A stretch of DNA of 7,900 nt from a virus. Taxonomy: Duplodnaviria > Heunggongvirae > Uroviricota > Caudoviricetes. Position numbers and translations under genes: made by a program. How positions within the stretch are numbered: position 1 is the stretch's first letter; each line of letters begins with the position of its first letter. Positions 1-5,979 of the stretch are shown here, piece by piece. The stretch is from the IMG/VR virus record IMGVR_UViG_2778261030_000021, positions 1 to 7,900 of that record. The stretch is one strand, 5' to 3'. The notes below the pieces were generated by a model that had not been told where the DNA came from, did not search any database, and was given only the letters and a program-made list of their open reading frames with translations.

Positions 1-744
1 GGAAGGTTTAATTACCTGCAACGTACCAAAATCACGCTCTTTGTCGTTCTTCTCTGCACGGGGTACGGATAAAAAGCCTTTTGCTTTTTTGTCACCGTCG
101 CCCACAACCAGATCGCTTTCTTCGGTTTCCGTGAAGGTGTCGCCAATCTCGCCCGTCAGCCATGAAAGGATGTCCACATCGGAAAAATCCACGATTTCCT
201 GCGTGGTGCGCGGGTACGCATAGACCGGATACAGCTTAATGCTCACCTCGTTAATCTGCGGGGTGCTGGTCTGTTCGCGTGCCTTACCCTCTTCACCGTG
301 GTTAACGGTCGCACCGCCAGCGGAAACAAGCTGCTTAAACTCGTTGCTGCTGATTTTCTTCACGGTACAGATGCGGCGCATGGTGGATTCATCCGTCAGC
401 ATTCGCATGATTTCGGTGTTCAGTTCGGGGATAACGGTATAACCACCATCAGCGGGAACGCCTGTACTCAATGCGCGGGTTTCACCTGTCAGAATGTAGT
501 GACGTAGTTCGGCGGGGTCAGTGGTCTGGCTGTTTTTGCCTGGTTTACTGCGCTCTTCGTCAGCAACGGCCTCAAGGCGGGAGATGTCTTTATCGAGTGA
601 TTCAGCTTTAGCGCGTAATTCGTCAAATTTTGCGCCCTCAGCATCGTTAAGGCTGCGGTTTTCTTTTTCCGCGTTCTCCAGCATGTCGCGCATCTGATTT
701 TTAATGGCGGTTTTCTGCTGGCGTAATTCGATTATTCTCGGCAT
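1..744 (-). CDS. Major capsid protein, HK97-fold family (N-terminal ~248 codons; 3' end beyond window start)
   Basis: Minus-strand frame is open from ATG 744..742 to position 1 with no stop, so it is absent from the ORF track. Own translation: MPRIIELRQQKTAIKNQMRDMLENAEKENRSLNDAEGAKFDELRAKAESLDKDISRLEAVADEER... then ...GGYTVIPELNTEIMRMLTDESTMRRICTV...INEVSIKLYPVYAYPRTTQEIVDFSDVDILSWLTGEIGDTFTETEESDLVVGDGDKKAKGFLS. An N-terminal coiled coil followed by these motifs matches my recollection of HK97-type capsid proteins. AGGA lies 8 nt upstream of the ATG. Confidence 0.65.
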   Translation of the reverse strand, partial: MPRIIELRQQKTAIKNQMRDMLENAEKENRSLNDAEGAKFDELRAKAESLDKDISRLEAVADEERSKPGKNSQTTDPAELRHYILTGETRALSTGVPADGGYTVIPELNTEIMRMLTDESTMRRICTVKKISSNEFKQLVSAGGATVNHGEEGKAREQTSTPQINEVSIKLYPVYAYPRTTQEIVDFSDVDILSWLTGEIGDTFTETEESDLVVGDGDKKAKGFLSVPRAEKNDKERDFGTLQVIKPS

Positions 745-781
745 AAAAAAAGTCCTGGGGTTAAGTAAGGAACTCCAGGAC
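745..781 (-). promoter_or_regulatory. Hairpin (stem 752-758 / 775-781, GTCCTGG/CCAGGAC) followed on the minus strand by U7 (751..745) and then the capsid ATG; the capsid Shine-Dalgarno AGGA lies inside the 3' arm
   Basis: Directly read inverted repeat plus T-run. The geometry is that of an intrinsic terminator, but it ends 1 nt before the start codon and sequesters the RBS. Confidence 0.45.
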
Positions 782-956
782 GCGGCAAAAACTCAACCGT
801 TTTTCATAAGGAAATCAGCAATCGCACCGATCGTTTTCCCGCCTGGTAATGAATATTGGCGAGAACATTAACAGGCGGAAAAGTGGCCCCAGCGTCCTGG
901 CACCACGGGCGAGAATAATCATGATTCAGTTCGGGTAAAATATGCCGATCCGCTCA

Positions 957-986
957 GTGAACAACGTGGAACAACCACGAACAAAT
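957..986. repeat. Three 10-bp-phased direct repeats: gtGAACAACg / tgGAACAACc / acGAACAAAt
   Basis: Directly read; copies begin at 959, 969 and 979. Lies in the ORF-poor region upstream (minus-strand sense) of the capsid gene. Confidence 0.5.
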
Positions 987-1003
987 AATTTACAAAAAAT
1001 GAC

Positions 1004-1025
1004 AAAAAGCCGGATTTCTCCGGCT
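1004..1025 (-). terminator. Intrinsic terminator after the 74-aa gene (7-bp stem AGCCGGA/TCCGGCT, 4-nt loop, U-rich tail on minus strand)
   Basis: Hairpin 1008-1025 and A-run 1004-1008 on the plus strand give hairpin-then-U on the minus strand, 11 nt downstream of the stop at 1036-1038. Confidence 0.6.
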
Positions 1026-1035
1026 GTATGGGTGC

Positions 1036-1260
1036 TCAGTCCCTGATCCCTTTCAGAAATTCTATCAATGCATCTATCTGTTCAGGATTTACCGCCAGCA
1101 TTTCACCGGATAGAGCACATCTCACAAAACCATGCTGATCCTTTTCAATCAGTGCGCCCGTCTCCAGGAATGCGCGGTAATCATTGATGCTCATCGTCTC
1201 CATGTTGTCAGCATGGTATTTATCACGCTGTTTTAATATCTCATCAAATTTCATCGGCAT
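1036..1260 (-). CDS. Hypothetical acidic protein, 74 aa
   Basis: ATG at 1260 with AGAGGA about 9 nt upstream; own terminator downstream. No family recognised. Confidence 0.5.
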   Translation of the reverse strand: MPMKFDEILKQRDKYHADNMETMSINDYRAFLETGALIEKDQHGFVRCALSGEMLAVNPEQIDALIEFLKGIRD

Positions 1261-1356
1261 TGTTTTTTTCCTCTGTTGTGTCTGTTTGTTTCAGATAGTA
1301 ACTATGCCTGACCGTGACGAAAACCCGGTAATGCGCCATACCGTTTCAACTGGTGC

Positions 1357-1380
1357 AAAAAAAGCCGGATTTCTCCGGCT
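1357..1380 (-). terminator. Intrinsic terminator after the PerC-like gene; near-identical copy of the 1004-1025 terminator
   Basis: Same AGCCGGATTTCTCCGGCT hairpin (1363-1380) followed on the minus strand by U7 (1357-1363). A 24-bp core is shared between 1004-1027 and 1360-1383. Confidence 0.65.
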
Positions 1381-1386
1381 GTTTGA

Positions 1387-1659
1387 TTAGCTGTCCTGGT
1401 AATTGCGCCATATTTCATCACCAGCACCATCTATACCCATTTCGGCATAAGTGCGATCGACTGCCTTTTTCAGGTCTCCGAAATTATCCGGCGGCTCCGG
1501 TGCCCTCTGTGCCTTCCTTGAACATTCCAGCCGTCGCATCGTGATGTGATGCCGTTCCTTGTCTGTCTCCACCAGCTGCATGACTTCACCCCATCGCGCC
1601 GCCGCCCTCCGGTAAAAGCCTTTCGCCTCCAGTTCCTCCGCTATGCGGTCATGTACCAT
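1387..1659 (-). CDS. PerC-family-like small transcriptional activator, 90 aa (start moved to ATG 1659; the track ORF begins further upstream at a non-ATG codon)
   Basis: MVHDRIAEELEAKGFYRRAAARWGEVM... resembles the AEKLExKGLWRRAA signature I recall for PerC/Pch proteins. Strong SD GAGGGGGGG immediately upstream of ATG 1659. Confidence 0.5.
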   Translation of the reverse strand: MVHDRIAEELEAKGFYRRAAARWGEVMQLVETDKERHHITMRRLECSRKAQRAPEPPDNFGDLKKAVDRTYAEMGIDGAGDEIWRNYQDS

Positions 1660-1669
1660 CGTCCCCCCC

Positions 1670-2080
1670 TCAGAACGAAATATCATCACCGTAAGGGTCA
1701 TCGCCTCCCGCTGGTGGCTGATTACCCTGTGTGCCTGTGGTTTTGCGTCTGTTCCCGCCTGGACGTGCCGCGCGGGCACTGATTACGCTGTCTGCGATAA
1801 CCTGCCAGCCCTGCCGCGTTTCTCCGTTCTGTCCGGCCCACTGGCTTACCTGCATCGTGCCGGATACGCTGGCAACATCGCCTTTTTGATGTTTAGCCAG
1901 GAAGTCGGCCTGTTTGCCAAATGCGATGACCGATAACCATAACGTCGCCTGTCCGTCCTGTGCCTGGCTGCATGGCAACGATACCGCCATACGCGCCAGC
2001 GTCATCGGTGTGCCCTTGCTGGTCTGTTTTACCTGCGGGTCGTCCACCAGCCGCCCGTAAGCGGCTATCTGTGCCGTCAT
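1670..2080 (-). CDS. ssb: Single-stranded DNA-binding protein (SSB-like OB fold), 136 aa
   Basis: Pattern GRLVDDPQV...TLWLSVIAFGKQADFLAKHQKGDVASVSGTMQVSQWAGQNGETRQGWQVIADSV aligns by eye with E. coli SSB (G.L..DPE...W..V.FGK.AE...KG..V..G....W.D.G.R), and the acidic tail DDPYGDDISF resembles the SSB C-terminal DDDIPF tip. ATG 2080 with GAGAGGTGG SD; start overlaps the upstream stop (ATGA). Confidence 0.75.
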   Translation of the reverse strand: MTAQIAAYGRLVDDPQVKQTSKGTPMTLARMAVSLPCSQAQDGQATLWLSVIAFGKQADFLAKHQKGDVASVSGTMQVSQWAGQNGETRQGWQVIADSVISARAARPGGNRRKTTGTQGNQPPAGGDDPYGDDISF

Positions 2081-2322
2081 AATTCCACCTCTCCGGTTTT
2101 AACGTTGATGGTTGTTACCTGTTCCGCTTCGGCAATCTCCCGTTCTGTCAGCGTGGCAAAGTTTGCCGCTGCTGTGGTCATGAATGCGCTTATCAGTTCG
2201 GGATGTGCTTTCGCGTATCCTTCCCCGGCGTTGCGGTCGATGATTTTTATCGCCACCCTCAGCCAGTGTTCTGTCAAATCAAGGGCGTGAGATTGTGGTT
2301 TTTTGGCGTGCTTCGTTGTCAC
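2077..2322 (-). CDS. Hypothetical protein, 81 aa (GTG start)
   Basis: Codon at 2322..2320 is GTG with GAGGT about 9 nt upstream; stop overlaps the ssb start. No family recognised. Confidence 0.45.
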   Translation of the reverse strand: MTTKHAKKPQSHALDLTEHWLRVAIKIIDRNAGEGYAKAHPELISAFMTTAAANFATLTEREIAEAEQVTTINVKTGEVEL

Positions 2323-2367
2323 AGGCTTTACCTCACAGCAATAAAATAAAATTTTTGCATTTCAACC

Positions 2368-2597
2368 CTTCACCTGTTCACCTTTTGCAATTTTCCCTTT
2401 TTATTCATGATGTTAAGGGGTGAACAGTTTCACAAAAACTATTCACCAACTGTTCACCACTGTTCACCCTTAAAGCTCAATAAAGAATCAAAAAGGTGAA
2501 CAGTGAATAGTTTGGTGAACAGTTCATAAATAACTGTTCACCCTATAATATACTGATATAAAAGACATTTATTGCAGGCTGAACAGTGGTGAACAGT
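2368..2597. repeat. Iteron array: at least 9 full copies of the octamer TGTTCACC / GGTGAACA in both orientations plus partial copies; putative replication origin (P4 ori/crr type)
   Basis: Directly read: TGTTCACC at 2375, 2451, 2461 and 2536; GGTGAACA at 2419, 2495, 2514 and 2589; partials at 2368, 2441, 2503 and 2579. The array starts 13 bp beyond the primase stop. As I recall, TGTTCACC is the type I iteron bound by P4 alpha protein. Confidence 0.7.
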
Positions 2598-2609
2598 TAT
2601 TCCATAAGT

Positions 2610-4427
2610 TTAATTTTTTCCATCGTCATTTGTGACCGATGCACATGATGGCATCCAGTCTTCTGAATCCTCTGTCAGGGTCACATTTGAACGCAAACCG
2701 TGCTTCGTTTTCCGTTTCATATACTCCCTGCCATATTCCGCCATTGCCCCCGGCATATCTTTACCGAAGCGCGTCAGTGTTACAGGTTTACCGAATCCGT
2801 GTGCCCTCATATATGCCAGATAGGCGTGATAAAGATACCTGCGCGGACTGAACGGAATAATTTCGGCATTACCCACTAACAGACCATCACACATTACCGA
2901 CGACATGAGATAGCCGCAGAAGTCCACCAGCGAATCGCCCTCGCGTTTTATCACCAGAGCTTCTTCTGATTTCTGCTGCTCATACAGCAGGCGTTTAGCT
3001 TCGTCCTGGTCAGAAAAACGAGTAAGCAGGTGGCGAATCACAACCGCCAGCTCTCCTTCTATTTTTTCTGCCAGCATGGGGTCGCGTTCGTTTTCCGGTA
3101 CAACCTCCGAAAAATTGAATATCACCCGACGACGTGAAATCCCCCCGCTGCGGTCACTGAATGACATGGCGTTATTGTTCACCGCCAACACTACCGCCTG
3201 AATGCGTGTTGAGTAGGGGGCTTTATGCTTCGGGTCGATTGCCACCTTGTCACCGCCTGTAATGGCCTTAATTCCTGCGCCATCACCAGCGTAACGGGTC
3301 ATATCCGGCATGATAATCAGCGAAAAGCCAACCACTAACGCGCGTTCCCTGGCATCTTCCAGCGCCTTCATGCTTGCCGATACCGTGTTGGCCTTACCCG
3401 CCAGCATGGTGCAAATCTCCGCCATCACGCTTTTACCACTTCCCCCTGGACCTGTTACCTCAATGAATAACTGCCAGTCGTACCGGTTCGCCAGCACCAT
3501 GAATAATGCAGCCAGTACGCGATCCGCCTTGCGGTCATTCTCAGCCACCGAACGGCGTAACCACTTCCAGAAATTCGGCGCATGTGTTGCCAGCGTTTCC
3601 CCCTCTGCTGGTGGGCTGAAAGGTAATTCACTGGCAATTAACAACCAGTCGTTTTTGTTATGCTCCCGAAAATTACCTGTTCTGGTATCAAATACCCCGT
3701 TACTGAATCCAATCAGGTTACGGGCTGTATTCCCCATTACAGGCAAACTTAACTTCATGGTATCGACCGCCGATTTAATGGCGTTCTGCGAATAGCTGAT
3801 CTCCGCATCAATGAAAATCTGTGCCATAGCTCGCTGTAATTCTTTATCCTGTACTGGCTCCCATACAACGCCGTTGTAATGGTGAACAGTGTCAGAGTCA
3901 GCATGAATCGCCAGTTCACCGCCATAATGTGCCAGGAGAACTTCGCCGCGTTGACTTGCTCCCATCTGGTTAAGCGCCAGTGATGAAGCGTTATCGTCTT
4001 TTACCCGCTCTTTTTTCTTTACAGGCAGTTCAACTACCTTTTTCTTTTCCGCCTGCTCTGCCCGTTCACGTTCCAGATATTCGCGCCAGTTCTCCCGTTT
4101 CTGGCTGTGCATTCCTTCAGGGTAATAATCAGCATCCCTGACACCTGCCGCTGCCAGTTTCTGCCCGATGGTATTAACAAGCCCCGGACGCAATAACCCC
4201 GCCTGGTAGAGACGCACCCGATAGCGTCCGTCCGGTACGATTTGCAGCTTATCCAGTTCGGCAAGTTGTTGTTCTCCAAGCCAGACAGGAGGCACGCTGT
4301 CGCCAGCCAGTCGCCCGTCCTGTTCCTGCCACTGCTTCGCATGTGCCCACGCATCATTACCCGCAAAAATGATGACTTCCGTCATTTTGTCACGCGGCTG
4401 GTGTTTTAAATTTGGCGCTTTTTTCAT
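2610..4427 (-). CDS. Replication primase-helicase of the P4-alpha / D5 (SF3 helicase) family, 605 aa (start moved from track position 4442 to ATG 4427)
   Basis: Walker A TGPGGSGKS within a D5-like region. The track ORF begins at a GTG (4442); the first ATG (4427..4425, MKKAPNLKHQ...) has GGAGAGAG upstream and overlaps the stop of the preceding gene (ATGA). Confidence 0.85.
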   Translation of the reverse strand: MKKAPNLKHQPRDKMTEVIIFAGNDAWAHAKQWQEQDGRLAGDSVPPVWLGEQQLAELDKLQIVPDGRYRVRLYQAGLLRPGLVNTIGQKLAAAGVRDADYYPEGMHSQKRENWREYLERERAEQAEKKKVVELPVKKKERVKDDNASSLALNQMGASQRGEVLLAHYGGELAIHADSDTVHHYNGVVWEPVQDKELQRAMAQIFIDAEISYSQNAIKSAVDTMKLSLPVMGNTARNLIGFSNGVFDTRTGNFREHNKNDWLLIASELPFSPPAEGETLATHAPNFWKWLRRSVAENDRKADRVLAALFMVLANRYDWQLFIEVTGPGGSGKSVMAEICTMLAGKANTVSASMKALEDARERALVVGFSLIIMPDMTRYAGDGAGIKAITGGDKVAIDPKHKAPYSTRIQAVVLAVNNNAMSFSDRSGGISRRRVIFNFSEVVPENERDPMLAEKIEGELAVVIRHLLTRFSDQDEAKRLLYEQQKSEEALVIKREGDSLVDFCGYLMSSVMCDGLLVGNAEIIPFSPRRYLYHAYLAYMRAHGFGKPVTLTRFGKDMPGAMAEYGREYMKRKTKHGLRSNVTLTEDSEDWMPSCASVTNDDGKN

Positions 4428-4723
4428 TTCTGCTCTCTCCACGCGGCAATCATGTTTTTCAGTTCCTGTAGTTTTTTATCAACATCCATACATGACACAT
4501 GGTTATTTCTGGAAAGCGGGATTTCCCGCCTGAATCTGCTAATAAAGATCTCCACGTTCAGCGAACTATGAAATGAATAGCCATCACGAATAAAATACAC
4601 ACGGTCAAACATCAGTTCTTTTACCGTTACTCTGTTACCGTTCTTATCCAGATAAATAGCGCCGGGGATAATTTTGGGGTGTGCATAACCGCTGGCAGTC
4701 AAGCCAGATAAATACGTTCTCAT
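4424..4723 (-). CDS. Hypothetical protein, 99 aa, translationally coupled to the primase
   Basis: ATG 4723; stop TGA overlaps the primase ATG. No family recognised. Confidence 0.55.
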   Translation of the reverse strand: MRTYLSGLTASGYAHPKIIPGAIYLDKNGNRVTVKELMFDRVYFIRDGYSFHSSLNVEIFISRFRREIPLSRNNHVSCMDVDKKLQELKNMIAAWREQK

Positions 4724-4729
4724 GATTAT

Positions 4730-5050
4730 TTATCTCAGATTTGAATCAGTATTCGCTTTCTCTATGGCATTTAATGCATCTGTGGCATTTTCAATGGTGC
4801 ACCGTAACGAAATATCAAACTGCCCAAGCATTGCCAGTAACAAGCCAATATTACCCATGTCAATGCGCATAGCCTTTTCGTCATATTCCTCATTTTCTGA
4901 CGCATGCCACATCAGGCTACCAATTGACGAAACAGCCATTGATATATTGTCAGTAGCCCCATCCGCAGCGGAATAAACCTTTTTAGCAATATCATGCTCA
5001 CAGTTAAAATGCGGATTAATCAGGTACTGGTAATTGGTCATGTCAGGCAT
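4730..5050 (-). CDS. Hypothetical acidic protein, 106 aa
   Basis: ATG 5050..5048 overlaps the end of the upstream small gene. Strongly acidic composition (about 17 D/E against 7 K/R). Confidence 0.55.
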   Translation of the reverse strand: MPDMTNYQYLINPHFNCEHDIAKKVYSAADGATDNISMAVSSIGSLMWHASENEEYDEKAMRIDMGNIGLLLAMLGQFDISLRCTIENATDALNAIEKANTDSNLR

Positions 5051-5246
5051 GGAACACCCCCTGACGAATACGGGCGGCGAATACCATCACGCAGCCATCA
5101 GGAGATTGCTGACGCGCGTCCTGTTCGCTGGTGGCCTCAATGGTAATCACGCGCGGTTGTGCCGTGCTCAGGGCGATAAAACGCCAGATGTATTTATTCA
5201 GGTTGTGCGAGTCCCGCCCTTGCGGGTGTGTGGTATGATTTAACAT
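5043..5246 (-). CDS. Small first gene of the leftward operon, 67 aa (possibly Icd/Kil-like; function uncertain)
   Basis: ATG 5246..5244 with GAGGT 5-6 nt upstream; MLNHTTHPQGRDSHNLNKYIWRFIALSTAQPRVITIEATSEQDARQQSPDGCVMVFAARIRQGVFHA. It is the C-terminal 67 codons of the 341-aa track ORF, which I reject as a whole. The Icd-like guess rests on position only. Confidence 0.5.
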   Translation of the reverse strand: MLNHTTHPQGRDSHNLNKYIWRFIALSTAQPRVITIEATSEQDARQQSPDGCVMVFAARIRQGVFHA

Positions 5247-5342
5247 AGCTACCTCGATATTCTTGCTATCGTTGGTGGTTAGACGCCCGGTTAGTGTTAG
5301 CGCACTGCCGGGTTTCGTCGTTTCTGCACCTTGCATCAACAA

Positions 5343-5396
5343 GGTGTTTAACACCAATTTAAGCCCTGGTGTTAAACACGTCAAGTGTTGAACACT
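5343..5396. promoter_or_regulatory. Three 13-bp palindromic operator-like sites (G/A)GTGTT-N-AACAC(C/T) in the divergent promoter region
   Basis: Directly read: 5343-5355 GGTGTTTAACACC (perfect), 5368-5380 GGTGTTAAACACG (one mismatch), 5384-5396 AGTGTTGAACACT (perfect). The third overlaps a plus-strand -35-like TTGAAC (5388-5393), with a weak -10 CATACT at 5411-5416. Confidence 0.55.
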
Positions 5397-5445
5397 TATT
5401 TTTTTTCCTGCATACTGCATTTGTTTTTTGTAAGGGGTACACAAC

Positions 5446-5625
5446 ATGGCGACAAAAGCAGTAAACGCAAAATCACAAACAGTTGCGGCAAGGGTTCCGC
5501 ATGAAGTTATGAACAATGTTGAGGCGGTAAAAATGCCTGGTGAAAGTACAGGGCAGTTTGTAACAGCAGCATTAAAGCGAGAAGTTGAATACCGCCAGCG
5601 TCGCAAGGCCAAAGAGCAGGAATAA
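5446..5625 (+). CDS. Small DNA-binding protein, probable ribbon-helix-helix fold, 59 aa
   Basis: Below the track's size cut-off. ATG 5446 with AAGGGG 8 nt upstream; MATKAVNAKSQTVAARVPHEVMNNVEAVKMPGESTGQFVTAALKREVEYRQRRKAKEQE. Beta-strand (TVAARVP), helix, Gly turn, helix pattern typical of Arc/CopG-type proteins. Confidence 0.5.
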   Translation: MATKAVNAKSQTVAARVPHEVMNNVEAVKMPGESTGQFVTAALKREVEYRQRRKAKEQE

Positions 5626-5682
5626 CCATCACCAGCGCCGTGGTGTAAGGTATTACGGCGCATTGCTATGCAGGACAACACA

Positions 5683-5856
5683 ATGACCGATAAAGAATTG
5701 ACCAAAACATTATCACCGGCACGGAAAAGACGGCGCAGAAAGATAGAGCATGAATCAGAAAGATTCGCGCCATGTGCTTTTGCCCTTGAGCAATTCCTTA
5801 AAGAGTACAGGGAAAAGCGCTCATTGCAGGTATGGCAACGAACTGAACCAGACTGA
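5683..5856 (+). CDS. Hypothetical Arg-rich small protein, 57 aa
   Basis: ATG 5683 with AGGA 7 nt upstream (the track's longer ORF starts at 5668). Contains ARKRRRRK; rare AGA/AGG/CGG codons. Confidence 0.4.
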   Translation: MTDKELTKTLSPARKRRRRKIEHESERFAPCAFALEQFLKEYREKRSLQVWQRTEPD

Positions 5857-5950
5857 TAGCATTGCCCACCAGCCTGATAGCGACTATCATTGCCGTTCTT
5901 ATGTTTGGGATCACACACACAAACGGCGCAGCGGGTTATCTGTTCAGAAA

Positions 5951-5979
5951 GGCGGCTCCATTTCGGGGCCGCTTTTTTT
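5951..5979 (+). terminator. Intrinsic terminator of the plus-strand two-gene unit
   Basis: Stem 5952-5959 GCGGCTCC pairs with 5965-5972 GGGGCCGC (one G-U), 5-nt loop, then T7 at 5973-5979. Confidence 0.7.

Noticed and set aside
41-507. Plus-strand ORFs 41..223, 239..442 and 298..507
   Set aside because: Antisense to the capsid reading frame, which has recognisable capsid-fold motifs.
815-922. 35-codon minus-strand ORF in the capsid leader
   Set aside because: No recognisable Shine-Dalgarno and rare-codon rich. Kept only as a possible leader peptide in the attenuator hypothesis, not called as a gene.
1184-2290. Plus-strand ORFs 1184..1390, 1353..1544, 1546..1782, 1643..1936 and 2105..2290
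   Set aside because: Antisense to the 74-aa, PerC-like and SSB-like genes, or crossing the terminators; Pro/Arg/Cys-rich translations typical of wrong-frame GC-rich sequence.
2368-2597. Possible CRISPR array because of short repeats
   Set aside because: Units are 8-9 bp, occur in both orientations with irregular short spacing, and abut a primase gene. This is iteron/origin architecture, not 28-37 bp direct repeats with unique spacers.
2632-4366. Track ORFs inside or antisense to the primase (2632..2823, 2639..2851, 3310..3795, 3455..3637, 4034..4366)
   Set aside because: Fully embedded in the well-supported 605-aa primase frame; low-complexity translations with no RBS context.
4722-5243. 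Plus-strand ORFs 4722..4976 and 5034..5243
   Set aside because: Antisense to the translationally coupled leftward operon; no SD.
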